This document shows, in pieces, positions 34,835 to 53,989 of a stretch of 64,000 bases of DNA. The stretch lies in assembly GCF_009914755.1 (NCBI RefSeq), contig NC_060934.1, one strand, 5' to 3'. Below the pieces are notes generated by a model. It was not told the DNA's origin, searched no databases, and worked only from the letters and a program-made list of their open reading frames with translations. Source of the stretch: the human T2T-CHM13v2.0 reference genome, Homo sapiens. Numbering within the stretch: the first letter of the stretch is position 1; every line of letters begins with the position of its first letter. The translations under genes were made by a program, and so were the position numbers.

Positions 34835-37251
34835 TCAAAAAAAAAAAATTTTAATAGATATTGATAAGTTGTCCTCCCAAAAGTTTGTACCACTACAAAC
34901 TTCCACCAAGTTATTTAACAAGCACTTATATAAAGCTTACTATGTGCTTACTAGACAACTGTTCTAAGCTTTTTACAAACATTTACTAACAGTGTGAGTG
35001 CCTGTTTCTCCATACTTTTGCCAACTTATTTTTTATCCCTGCTCATCTGATAAGCAGAAAATACCTATTTCGAGTTGCCTTTTTTTTTTTTTTTTTTTAC
35101 AATAAGATTGAACATTTAAAACATATTTTCTTTAAATGGTCTATTCATGTCCTTGGTCCATTTTCCTGTGGGGTTTTCATCTTTTTATTCTTTATTTCTA
35201 AGAGCCCTGTGTGTATTAAGGATATTAGCCCTTTAATGTCATACATGTGACAAGTAAAGTTTAATAGTCACTTTTTTACAATTCCAGTATCTAAAAAGCT
35301 CTGAAAAATTTTTTTTGTAAATGTGGTACAAACTCACTTGATAACATGACCTCAATTGACATTAGGCTGTTTGTATTCTTTGTGTATTCCACTTCATATA
35401 AAGAGCTGGAAGAAAAAACTGTTGCTGAGTGAAAACTTGTGTTTGATAGAAATACATAAATAACTGCGGTGTTATATACTGTGTATTATCTTTTCTAAAA
35501 TCTGAAAATTTACAATTTCATAAAACATTTGTCCAAGGTTTTAGGTAAGAGATTGTGACTTTTATTTACCCACACATGTGTCTTTGTTGGTTCACTTTTG
35601 GACATGTTGAGTTGTAGATGCCTGTGGAGGCTTCACCTGGATATGGCCTGCATGCAGTTGGATATATGAGTTAGAAATTTATAAGGGAAATTGGGGTTGG
35701 AGAAGCAGATTTTAGGTTTATATTTATCAGCATATAGATGAGAGTTAAATTAAAATCACATGGGTGTATGTCAGAAAGCATGTGTTGCCAAAAGAGTGCT
35801 CTGAGAACATCAGCGTTTAAGGGGTGAATGAGAGTCTATGATGAGGTAGGAAGTGAGGAAAGCTAATTGTGGAGCAGAAAGGAGGAATCAGACAGAGCAG
35901 AGGGGTGATCGATCATTCTGGACTGTGAACAATGACTACAGCTGAAGACAACACAGTAGAGGTTTGCTGGCTGTGAATTCTCCATGGAGCTATTGTCAGG
36001 TATTAGAGTGAACTTAGCCTTGTCAGGTGTTGGGGAGGGGCAGGGAAGGGAGATGGAAGGGGATTTGAAGGTTGCCTCTGTGCCCAGGCTCAGGGATCTG
36101 GACCTCAACATTCCTTAATAACTAGTCATCAGCCCTCTTAAGAATGGTCTCCAGGATTTTCTCCTGTAAAAGTTCTGTTGAAGGGTCTTGGACAGTTTCC
36201 CAGCCCCGTAGATAGATCTCTGTAGGTCCAGTCCTCTAGCAAGTGGTCCAGACCTTGAAATGAACCAGCTACTATAATAAGTGTGAGAAGCAGTTGGTCC
36301 TTTGTGCAGATACTGGGCCAGAGGACACAGGAAAGTGGTTTTGACTTCTTTCTGTTTATCCCTTCTGATGGGCCATATGAGGACCCTTGATGGGAGCATT
36401 CAGGAACTATTAGTACTTGCCAGTAGCCAGCCACTTTCAAAGGAGACAACTCTGGGACCTCAGGTCTGCCTTAGCCTGCCCGCTGCAAAACATTTACATT
36501 TGCTCTCCTGTCTAATAGAAGAAAAATCCATTTTTCATTTTCAATTGAATGTTCTCAGCCTTAAAATGTGGGCCTTTGTTCATCCTAATTCGCCTACATC
36601 TGCATAAAACAAAAGTTCATTTTCAGAGCAATGTGGAGGGGGACCATGCACAATTCCAGTTATTGTATAGAAAAGCTATGCGCCTTTTATTCAGAGAGCA
36701 AATAATATATCCAGGATGTTGTTGTGGGTGTTCTTCTGTCACTCATACTGGCGATGTCTTGTCTATCTCTCAAGAAACAATGGGCATTTATTTGGGATTG
36801 CTTAGATTTAGTAACATTCCTTTTTCATTTCAAATGGCTCTTAACTGTGAAGTGGGGGGAAAATGAGTTAATTTATTGAATATTTTAACTAGTTGTAATA
36901 GGTTCTAATTTTACCTACAGTGGAAACAATTGAAAGTTTTTATGTTAACATTATTCTGGCAAGTTAATATGAACTAAAGAACATTAAACAAATATTTCAG
37001 TGCAGAGCATGAAACAAATACAGCAAAAGATATTAGCACTTCCAGTTCTGAACTGATTTCCGTGTACATTTCCTTTTAAAAAATTGCTTCTTTTCCAACA
37101 CTGCTGAACTGTAGCCTTAAAAGTGGTCAAGGCCGGGCGCAGTGGCTCACACCTGTAATCCCAGCACTTTGGGAGTCTGAGGCGGGCGGATTGCCTGAGC
37201 TCAGGAGTTCGAAACCACCCTGGACAACATGGTGAAACTCTGTCTCTACTA

Positions 37252-37632
<381 letters not shown>

Positions 37633-38423
37633 TGAATCCACAGATGTGGAACTCATGGATATGGCGGGCTGACTGTACTTCCCAGGGAGCTTGATGGCAA
37701 AATACAATCTGAGGCTCAAAAAGTCAAACAAGCTCTAGAAAACATCCTTGAAAAACCAGCAGTTGCTTTTCCCGCTTCACATTCTTTGCATTCCCCAGAA
37801 GCAACCACTTTCTCTGTTCTCATCTCCAGATCTCCAGTACTTCCGAATTATTCATGTTTAAGCATTATCAGTTGTCTCATCACTAAGGGAGATGAGGACT
37901 CTTTCACTACCATCAACAAACATACACACCCCTCAACTCCTCCTCTTCCCAATAAGGGCATATCATGAATTTCGTTAATAATCCTTGTTTACATTATTAT
38001 GACAACGACATGCCAATCACAACTGAGCCATGTAATTAGACTATGACTTTCCCTTTCTTGCTTATATGATTCTTTTATGAATAGTAATTTTTTTCTTAGT
38101 GTTCTTTGTACCAATCATTTATTCCACCCTAAACTCTCCAGTTTTATAAATCTCCTCTCAAAATGTTCAAATATATCAATTACTCTCCATTTTGTCTTGG
38201 AAGCGTCTCTGACTGGCTCTTGTCTGGACTGGTTGCTGTGTATGCTGTCACCTTGGGGGTTCTGTTCTTTTGTATGCCCTGCATCTTTCTTAGTTTACTC
38301 CCTTATTGTGGTTGAGGAACAGCTTCCCGATAAAAGGTACATAAGAAGTGACATTTTTGCTGGCCAGCACGGTGGCTCATGCCTGTAATCCCAGCACTTT
38401 GGGAGGCCGAGGTGGGTGGATCA

Positions 38424-40577
<2,154 letters not shown>

Positions 40578-41264
40578 TCAAGGTCCAAGGGGATTGCCTT
40601 ACAAATGGATACATAAAACTTTACAGGATACCCTAGGGTTAAGGGAAAGTACCCAAGGAAGGATCAAACTCTTAGATAGGGATGTCCCTCCCCAAGTTTG
40701 GGTTTCAGATCTTGCAGAGGTGTGGCTGCAGCCCACTGTATGGCAGGGACATTTGCTGGATTGCGCTGGGTGACAGCTGAGTCAGTCACCAGGGAACTTT
40801 CCTTTGAGGTACATTCAGGCTGCCACTGGCAAGCAGGGAATCATGGCCAGGACGGGCAAGAAGGAAACACACCATTGGGGTACACATGGGCTGAGGCTGG
40901 CACACTCCTCCAGAGTACAAGAGGACAGAAAACTGCAGCCACAAGCAGGGAGTGCCTCTCCAGGCTATGTGTGAGCTGAGGCTGAAGGACAGGCTCAGAG
41001 GGAGCCACCTGCCAGCTAGCGAGGTAGTCACAGGGCCAAGGCCAGAGCTGAAAGCTGGCTAAGTGACTGCATACTCGGGTCACAGCTGGGGCTGAGCCAT
41101 GCCTGACAACAGGATGGTAATAAGCAGCCAGGGGAAGCATGCCAGACCTGAGAAAAGTAGCCCCTTTCTCTTGTACTCACAAAGCTCAACTGTACAAAGC
41201 TTATGCTGACCATGCTAAGGAGAAATGCCTAGAGGGTCCTGCTGAATTATCAGAGCAGGCTATT

Positions 41265-41520
41265 GTGTTAGTTTGCTAGGGCTGCTGTTAAGTACCACAG
41301 ACTGGGTGGGTTAAACAGCAGAAATGTATTGTCTTATGGTTCTGGAGGCTACAAGTCCAAAATTAAGGTGTTGGCAGAATGGATTCCCTCTAAGGTCTGT
41401 GAGGGAAAGAGCTGTTCAAGGCCCCTTTCCTTAGCCTGTAGATGCCATCTCTGCTAATCATCTCCCCTCTATGCATTCCCTTTAAGTTATATTGGATTAA
41501 GTTATATTGGAAAATGACTG
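41265..41520 (-). mobile_element. MLT1 (MaLR) LTR fragment
   Basis: tgtgttagtttgctagggctgc...taccacagactgggtgg...ttctggaggctacaagtcc. Confidence 0.75.
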
Positions 41521-41529
41521 CATTTTAAC

Positions 41530-42440
41530 CTGATTACCTCTGCAGTCATGAGGTCCAGTCCCCAGGAGGAAAGACCTTGCAACAACCCAGTACCGACTAC
41601 AATTCCCCAGTCCTGCCCTCAAAAGAATGATGGCCATTTATTCAGGTTACTGAACAATGGACAAAAGGGAACACCCAAATATTTTGAAGGCTGTTGGATA
41701 CAGGGTCTAAGCTGACGTTGTACCTAGAAACCTAAAGCAGCATCATAGGGGCCGCACATGGAGGTATGGTTCTATTTAGGTAACATATAGTGCTCACATT
41801 AAAGCAGCACATGCTCTGTGGATCCCTCTACTGGTCATTTCCGTGTCTCTGATGTCTAACTAGAATTGACACACTTGGTAACTGGCATGATCACTACATT
41901 ACATCTTTGGCCTGTTGGATACAGGTTATCCTGTATAGTGACAAAGGCCAAACAGAAGTCTCAAGCTGCTGTGCCTGCCCTTCCCGTAGACATAGACAGG
42001 GGTATCAGCAAAGGATGTGAGGATCTTGTGTGACATGTTAATGCCTACCAGACAGTATCTACTAGGGAAGAGGAATTTAACCAATGGTTGACATCAGCCA
42101 GTCTGTCATCCATCGCTGCAGTGCTGGTATCGTGAGCACAGGAATGGTGTGGCCAGTGGGAGATGAAAGCTATGCACGTCCAGTAGCAACGGCTCCCACT
42201 TACAAAGGCTGATCCAATTACGTCTGCTGCCTAACGTCCTACCAGCAATATTGAGTTCAACTGTCCCTTGAAGAAACCAACTAGCAACTTGGTGGTAAGT
42301 TGAGTACATAGAGTCTCCTATCCCAGGAGGGCCTGCAATTTGTTCTAACAGAAAAATGTGAGTTTGCCTTTCTTGACGACAGAGCCTCAAGCAGCCACTG
42401 AGAGTTTTGTATGATCCACCAGCATGGGATCCCAAGTAGA
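41530..42440 (+). mobile_element. ERVL-class internal remnant (protease and integrase relics)
   Basis: From 41691 LLDTGSKLTL (retroviral protease DTG motif); near 42280 QLATWW*VEYI resembles ERVL integrase QPATWWQVDYI. Confidence 0.7.
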
Positions 42441-42444
42441 CTGA

Positions 42445-43465
<1,021 letters not shown>

Positions 43466-45642
43466 ATCAAGTTCTCTGGCCATCAGTTATGATACTGTAT
43501 TAATTATCCATCCCCTATCCTAGTTTGCCTGCATGAGTGTATAAATTTTCTCACTAGTTTCTATCACTCCTATATTCCCTTTTGCATCCTATTCCTTAGA
43601 TGTGCTGCGATTTTTTTTAATTTGGAAAAAAAACTGTTTTCAAATTTCTCCAGGAAAGGAAAAAAAATTAATACAAAGGCTTATAGAGCACACCTAAAAG
43701 ATAATAAAATAATAAAAAACCAAAAAGGAAAAAATACGAAACTAGTCACTACTGGAAGACAGTAGTGAAGCAGCTCATTTTGAAACTTACTTACAAATAA
43801 ACGGAAAGAAGCATTTACCTTGTCTTTCCTACACAAACTATACACACACACCCACTAGATAACTATACAAACACACCCACTAGATAACTTTAAAGTAAGA
43901 GACCAAGTTTCTCTACTGCAGCAAACAAATGAAAAAAATGCTGTGTCTGTATCCCCTATTTAGATGGATCTAGGCACTGATCATCAATAGTGACTAATAG
44001 CTCAAGAAGAGACAAGTACACATTATGTGCCACCTGATGGAATACCACCACCTATAAATACTGTCCCCATCCAACAAAACAACTATCTGAATCTGATTAC
44101 GTCTGTGGATCTGAAACAAATTTATAGGAAACATAAAGGCCACAGAAATTCGTTAAATGATATGAAAGGGATGCAACTGCAGTATCTGGGAAACTACATG
44201 GCAAAAAAGTTATTTTCTTCATACATTGCAATGAAAAAATTAGTAAGAGTCGGACTCTTCATTAATATATGAACTTCCATTGGATCTTGACTCAAACTGT
44301 TTACAAAAACTAAATATTTGAATATCAGGAAATTATAAATTTTTTGATGTGATAATGGTATTTGTTGGGTATGTTTTAAGGAGTCCTTATCTTTTAAAAA
44401 TACATACTGAAATACTTAGCCCGGTGGTTCACACCTGTAATCCCAGCACTTTGGGGGAGCCGAGGCAGGCGGATCTCGAGGTCAGGAAATCGAGACCATC
44501 CTGGCTAACACGGTGAAACCCCATCTCTACTATTAAAAAAAAAAATACAAAAAATTAGCCAGGCATGGTGCGGGTGCCTGTAGTCCCATCTACTTGGGAG
44601 GCTGAGGCAGGAGAATGGCAGTGAACCCGGAAGGCGGAGCTTGCAGTGAGCTGAGATCATGCCACTGCACTCCAGCCTGGGCGACAGAGTGAGACTCCGT
44701 CTCAAAAAAAAAAAAAAAAAAAAAAAAAAAAGCAGCATATGTTTTTCTAGGATTGCTTCAAAATAACACGGGGCGGGGCGGGGGGTTGTTGGGGGAAGAT
44801 GAGTAGATTACGGATGAAACAAGATTAGCTGTAAGTTGATAATTGTTGAGACTAACTGGTATTACTCATTATTATTCTGTCTGATTTCATATCTGATTAA
44901 AATTTTCCACAACAGTATAAAAACATATAAAGCCCAATGCCCCCCAAAACAAGAAAAAACAAATACCCACTTGAATTTAGGAACAGTCTTTTTAAAGTTA
45001 TTCTTCAGCTAGACCTGAATGATCATTGAGGAAGTATCTAAAACACAAACGTTAACAAGTGTTCTTATCCTGGTTAATAAAACAACCAGACTCAGATGAA
45101 CAATGGGGACTATACAAAGTAAAATACAGGTGACACCGGTCGGGTGCAGTGGCTCGCGCCTGTAATCCCAGTACTTTTGGAGGCCGAGGCAGGAGGATCA
45201 CATGAGGTCAGGAGTTCGAGACCAGCCTGGCCAACATGGTGAAACCCCATCTCTAATACAAATACAAAAATTAGTTGGGCGTGGTGGCATATGCCTGTAA
45301 TCCCAGTTACTTGGGAGGCTAAGGCAGGAGAATCACTAGAATCCAGGTGATAAGAGTTGCGGTGAGCCGAGATCACACCACTGCACTCCAGCCTGGGCGA
45401 CAGAGCAAGACTCTATCTCAAAAAAAAAAAAAAAAAAAAAAAAAGTTTTATATGTGAGACTGGTCATTCATTTCTAGCTCTTTAGCCTATACATTTAATA
45501 TCTGCGGTCCAAAAGGCTGCAAGACATTAGGAAACAAAATATACATAAATATAATGACATATCAGTCACTATTCTGTCAAGACAGAAGGCCTGAACTCAG
45601 CCATGTAAAATCAACCTAACACTTAAGTTTTAAGAAAGTCAT

Positions 45643-48149
45643 TACATTTCAAAAAATTTTCCTCTTTATTTAAACATAAAACGCATTTACAACATGCAAG
45701 TTAACTTAAAATTAAACGGTGTCTTCCCAAACCAAGTATTTGTGAATGTATCTTCAAGCACTGAAAATAAACCAACATATTCCACAGGTAGACTCAGACT
45801 CTCTTCTGTCACCTCATGTCAAATGGAGTTAAGCACAAACTGAGAGTTACGCACAGTAGTTTTCTTAAGTTAGGCAAATAATTTAATTAATCGCCATGAA
45901 TAAATATTCTCTTTATTTCATTGAGTTTCTCTTCTGAACCATCTATCAATGCCATTCAGAGGAACGTTAATATATCCAGTCAAAAAGACACTGCAAATTG
46001 AAATGTGTCAATATCCTAGATGATCAGAAATTTTCATTTTTAAGAGTAAGTGCTGTGTTTAATGACCTACCATAGCAAAAAGCAGTTCACTGAAAACAAA
46101 TTTATGAAATTCTTGGTACACTTTATGAAAGTCTGAAATTATAAATAGAAAAGAACCATCAAGATACTTTTTAAAAACCTAACATTGTATATTCTGAACC
46201 ACATGCTAATTAAAATTCGTTGTTCATTACACAGCACCAATACCCATGATACATCTTACAAGAACAAAACTAACATATTTGGAAAAAAGAGAAAAAAAAA
46301 TTCTGCTTCATTTACGAATGTTGCCAAAGGAGGCAAGTTTTCAACTGAAAACAAAACATAAAGGTCTATGTGGATGCAGCCAAATGTTTCTCCATTTAGA
46401 AAATCATCATAAAAGGTGGCAGCACTTTTTTTGCTTGTTAACTATATTACTTATAACTGGCTGCACCAACATTTCATCTCAATTTTTGGAGTGTTTCTTC
46501 TGATCAATCCTAAAAGCAACACAATCATTTTAGAGGTTGCAGATTACAACAGCAAAGATTTTTGACTATTAAAAAAATAAATAAATAAATTTATATTTTA
46601 AATCAAAATTATTACAAAAGTGGAAATTACAATAGTTACGGAAATAGAAAAATAAGCCAATTATGATCTGAGTCTTCTGACTATGGCTCCAAATTTAATA
46701 CAAATATCTGTGTATAAAACTTTTGCAAAAAGTTAATTCTGCCAGCAAGATCCTAACACAGAACTTTCCAAGTTTCTCTGCTAACCTTAAATCCCCATTC
46801 TCTGTGAATTTCTGCTAACACAGTTGCAGTCACCGCCCCCCTACCACTGATGAAGCAAATAGTGAAATCTCTTTCCCTATTACTTTTACAGTTTCCTAAA
46901 ATAAGCTGTTGACTTACTTTAATCATCTGAGGAAAAAGTGGCAAAAATACGTATACACTTAGTACTGATTACAAAATTATCGGCTATGGCCAAGAAAATA
47001 ATTTATCTAATGATTATTAGTGACTTGCAAACAATTTACTATTTCTAGACTAAAGAAATAAATTAGTGTACAAATTAGTGTAGCAGGTTAAAAACACCTC
47101 AGGGATTTCAGACCAAAATTGACCTATATATATTTTTAATTCATCATATATCTGTCCTGTTTCTTCATTTTTCTCAATTTCCACACGCTATAAATTTAGG
47201 TCGGCCAATAAAGTACTAACCGTATAAAATTATGTTTAATCCTATAATATCTTAATTCATTTTACTAATATTAAAGATGACAAATTATTACCTGTCCAAT
47301 ACTTATATTAGCTAGCAGGCTCACCAGAATAAAGCAGAGTATTTTAATTCCATCAAGACTTGTTGAGTACAGAATCAGGAAAAAGAGAAATATAATTCCT
47401 TTTCCAAACTCCCTTAAACTAAGATCTGCTTTTGATACTTTAAAATATTTCTATTCAAAATAACTCGGCAACAGGCATTTCATGAGATAACAAGTAGCCT
47501 TGCTCAGTCTCAAATGCCTATTAGGCATTTGTAACGTTTCAGTGCTCAAACAGTAGTTTTCAGGAGCAAACTTCAGAAACAATACAAGTAATTTTAACCC
47601 TGATATCATCATTTCAAGGGATTTTAAAATACAGTACTGACTGGATATATTTTATGGGCATGTAGTGTTGTTAAGTGGTAAAATTTAAAGACATTTAACC
47701 TAAATGTTCCATTTTCTCTTAAGAAAAAAAAAGGAAGACGTTTTAATAGGAAAAGAAAAACAAGAAGCAGTAGCAGCTAGGTAATTTAAACTGAGATTAA
47801 AAAATAAACATACACAAAAAATACAAAAAGTACAGTCCTATAAGGTACAGTTAGCTTGGCACAGTAAAGACTAAATTTAAGACACGATAGACAAACTGTG
47901 TAATAAATAGGGCCACAGTTGTAAACTGTCCTTTTTCCCTCCTAAGATGCCAAAATTGCACTCTAGTTGTGTTGGGAAGCAGCAGAGTTTACAAGAAGAG
48001 TAGGTAGGAAACAGCTGTACAGGCCAGGTATAATTTATACATTTTTTTTAAAAGTTATAATTCTACAATCCCAAGGGAGTAGAGGTTATAGTCATTGAAT
48101 GACTGCTTGATACCATGTTCCTCTTCGTACTTCGATTACTTTTTAACAC
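45643..48149 (-). other. KIF5B: KIF5B last exon 26 (3' UTR only, ~2.5 kb)
   Basis: Acceptor cccatttttag|GTGTT at 48149; a repeat-free AT-rich block ending ~20 nt after AATAAA; 3' end approximate. Confidence 0.85.
45665..45670 (-). terminator. Distal polyadenylation signal AATAAA of KIF5B
   Basis: tttatt on the + strand at the end of the unique UTR block, followed on the - strand by U/GU-rich sequence; a second AATAAA lies at 45912-45917. Confidence 0.8.
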
Positions 48150-49513
48150 CTAAAAATGGGAGAAAGCATAGAGTAAATATGTTTAGTTTTACAAAATTGG
48201 TGTTTGAGATAATCATGAAGAATAAAACAAAATAAAATATGCCAACAGTTTATTATAAACATTTTAGCCAACATCTGTGGCTACTTTCCCCAAAATTAGA
48301 AGGATGGCAATATTAAATGATTTGGTTTCCTTTTATATACTACCTAAGTAGAACTGTTTAGAAGCAGTAATGTTTAAAGGGAGGTCAGCCCTCCCTTTGT
48401 TTTTATTCTCCCAAATAAAGCTATGGGTAAGCTGATTTATGAATTGTATTTGTTTAAAAAAGAAAAAGACGGCTAATCTTTTAACCAGCAGACAGTGGTC
48501 AGTGACCTTCTTAAACCAAGGAACACTAACCAGCAACTACTAGTTATATACATAGAAGCTTTAAAAAAAAGGGGGAGAGGAATAGGGATAAACAAGAGGT
48601 GTATACAGTAGGAAAAGTAACAGTGAAATAAATAATTCTAGTAGTATTAAACTGCCTACTTACCTATGCATTTAGAAAAGCAACCTATTTAAAGTACTAT
48701 GCAAGGCAGAAGACTAGTCATGTAAAACTGGGAACTAAAAGTATCAGTATTATAAATGTCATCCTTTCCAAAAATAAACACAGTGACTTGAAATGTTTTT
48801 CTTAACATTAAAAAAATTTCTCGCCGGGCACAGTGGCTCACACCTGTAATCTGAGCACTTTGGGAGGCTGAGGGAGGCAGATCACCTGCGGTCAGGAGTT
48901 CAATACCAGCCTGGCCAACATGGCAAAACCCCGTCTCTAGTAAAAATACAAAAACCTTAGGCGGGCGTGGTAGTGGGCGCCTGTAATCCCAGCTACTCGG
49001 GAGGGTGAGGCAGGGAGAACTGCTTGAACCCGGGAAGCAGAGGTTGCAGTGAGCCGAGATCCTGCCACTGCACTCCAGTGCAAATTATTTAACATTTAAA
49101 CAATTTATCACTTAAGTGAATCATATACTCCCCAATCATGGTTTAAGATAGATTATAAGAGTTTGAAAACTAAGAACCACTATCTTTGGACCAGCATCAA
49201 AACAAACCTGTAAATAATTGTATTTTTACATCATAACTTTCAAGTCTTGAAAACCTAGTTTGGCTGGGTTAGCTCCCTCCCTTATGTGCTAACCTGGTGT
49301 CACTTTACTGCTATCAGCAATAGTTAACAAAAGTATGGTCTGTCCTCTCTCTACAATGAGGTAAGTTTAAAGTTGACATATGAATTTTAATGTGAGGACA
49401 ATATCCAAAAAGGATAAACTTTCTATCTATGCTTTGAAAATCCCCTTGCCCAGCTCCCACTTCCAGAAAGGTAGGAAAAGGCTTGCATCTACTGAATACT
49501 GTGTGCTGGGTAA

Positions 49514-49762
<249 letters not shown>

Positions 49763-51448
49763 TGAGGTGACCCACCCACCTCAGCCTCCCAAGTGCTGGG
49801 ATTACAGGTGTGAGCCACTGCTCCCGGCCAACTCATGTAATTCTTAAGAATGACTTCCATTTTACTAATAAAACTGCTATGAGTCCAAAGGGGAAAAACA
49901 CAGGAGTTATCTCTAATTATCATGAAAACCAGCTATTGTATGTCTACTGATATTAAGTACATATTATCTATGACATAACTTTGTCAAAAATGTTTATGCT
50001 GAGTCTAATCAATGCTTTTGCATAGAAATAGAGGGAGAACAAGGTGACTACACATAAAAACAATCAGACACAGGTGTTATACCCTCAAGATAACTGGGCC
50101 TACTCAGTAAGTCAATATCACTAAAGAGGGTGCTCATTCAAGATCAGAAGAGATTTAAGGGATAAAACTAAACGCAAACAGCAGTCCTGAATTGTACTCT
50201 GGTTTAGACAAACCAGCTGTACAGGATAGTGAAAAAGAAATTGGAAAAATCTGAATATGGAATGGTATTAAATAATATTAAAAATATAATCTTACTGGGT
50301 GTGATAATATTGTGGCTATGTAGAAAAATGTTATTTTAGAGATTCATTAAATAGTTAAGCAATAAATCCATAATTTTTATGAAGTACTGTAAAACAAGTC
50401 AGAATGAGAAAAAAACTATTAAAAAGTTTATCTGCTCAAGTTCATAAAAGTAGTCAGGATTCCAACTTGGATGGAACTCCATAGTCCCTGTTCTTTTCAC
50501 TCTACCACTGTTTTAAATCCTACATTGTGTGAACAAAACGTTTAAAATTGCTAGAAATGTGAATCCTTCAGAATATTTCTTAATTCTCTACTCAACTTAG
50601 AGCCAGTATTATGCAAAATGTCAAAGTATAAACAAGCAACATTAAAATAAACTAGCTTTAGTATTTGTCAGAAACAGCTGATCATTTCATAATTATCTAG
50701 TATTTTTTATTTCCAAAGCACATACACACATCAGGGACTTCCTGAAGAGTTAGTTACAATCAGAGTTGCTGCTATATGACCAATTATTAGGCAACCACTA
50801 ACCAATCACGTTGTAGAAGAAAGTGTTCCGAATATATTGCTAAGTTTAAAAAGCAGGCTACAAAATACAAAATTAGCCGGTGTGGTGGTGCACGCCTGTA
50901 ATCCCAGCTACTTGGGAGGCTGAGGCAGGAGAATCGCTTCAACCTGGGAAGCAGAGGTTGCGGTGAGCCAAGATCACCCCACTGCATGTCAGCCTGGGCA
51001 ACAAGAACGAGGCTCCGTCTCGGAGTGGGGCAGGGGGGTGTGGGGTTTGTGGGGGCAGGGGGCCGGAAAAAAAAGCAGGCTCCGAAGCAGCATATGTAGT
51101 AGAATAAGTGGAGTCTATTACAATAGTTATCAACAGTTTAAACTTTTAAATTTAAAAACTAATACAGAAAGCTCCAGAAAGAGAGAGAGAGAGAGAGAGA
51201 TAGTATATTGTGTAGTATCTCTAGATTTTTTCTAATTTGTGACTGTTTTATGCCCTACAAAGAACAGATATTACTTATATAATTATAAATAAAACTCAGA
51301 AATCTGTTAGTAAGCTGGGCTCATAAGCAATTTGGTGCAGTCTTTCTAGAAACCAATGTGTTAATATGTAGCAAGAGCCTTAAAAATGTTCATATTTCCT
51401 TGTAATTGCATTTCTGGGAACCTTCTGGAAATAATCTCTAACAGGTTA

Positions 51449-51790
<342 letters not shown>

Positions 51791-52158
51791 TCATATATGA
51801 AAATTTTGGTTTTTGAAAATTTCAATTATGGAAAAAATTAATATAATTACATGTCTAGCCAAAAGGAAAGGAATGTTTATAAACCATGGTACATCCATTA
51901 GACACAGTATCAAAAGCTATTACAAATGGTCCAATGCTAGATTTCAAAACAATTAAGACCACAAATTTGAATATATAGTATGATCTAAACTACACAAAAA
52001 GATCAAACTAAATTACTTTTATAATGCTTAAGTTAAAAAAATCATAACACTAATGTGAGAATTTTTTAAAACCAAAAAACCTATTTAACAACCAATTTTC
52101 CACAAACAGATATGAAAAGCCAGATATAAATAACAAACCTGTGGGTATGTATAAACGA

Positions 52159-52314
<156 letters not shown>

Positions 52315-52572
52315 TTAGAATAAAGTTTAAGATGTGACTGCAATGACTGTTAAGGTTTCTTCTCTTATTCACAACAAATTCCCAAATGTTTTGTTTTTCT
52401 TTGCCTTTTTGTTTCTCCATCACTTTTTCTTTTCTGTAACATCCTTTTCTCTAGGACCTATACAATTCTTAGCCTTTAAAAATCTTCCTGGCCAGGCGTA
52501 GTGGCTCATACCTGTGTAATCCCAGCACTTTGAGAGCCTGAGGTGGGTGGATCATTTGGGTCCAGGAATTCA

Positions 52573-53334
<762 letters not shown>

Positions 53335-53770
53335 TAATTTTTTTTATTTAGTAGAGACAGGGTTTCACCATGTTAGGCTGGTCTCGAACTTCTGACCTCA
53401 GGTGATCCACCCGCCTCGACCTCCCAAAGTGTTGGGATTATAGGCGTGAGCCGCTGCGCCCAGCCACCAATGATTATTCTTAAACGTTAAATCATTGCTG
53501 ATGGCTTATTTTCTTGCAATTCTCTTGGCTTTAATAATATTGCTCTATATAGTTTCTCCATTCCATGACCATTCTTGCTTGCTTCTCTAGTTCTCATTTA
53601 TCTTCTTTTTCTGCTAATGTGATTATTCCTCTTTCCCAACAGTGCCACTCTGCTAAGTTAGAAAATAGAGACAGATGCACCATGACAACACATAAAATTC
53701 GGATTACGTTTTCCACTAAATGAAAGCATTCAAATTGAGCAAGGTTTAAAGGTTTTAATGTGTTCTACTA

Positions 53771-53989
<219 letters not shown>

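Noticed and set aside
36115-36866. Possible processed pseudogene in the unique-looking segment
   Set aside because: No recognisable protein similarity, poly(A) tail or TSD.
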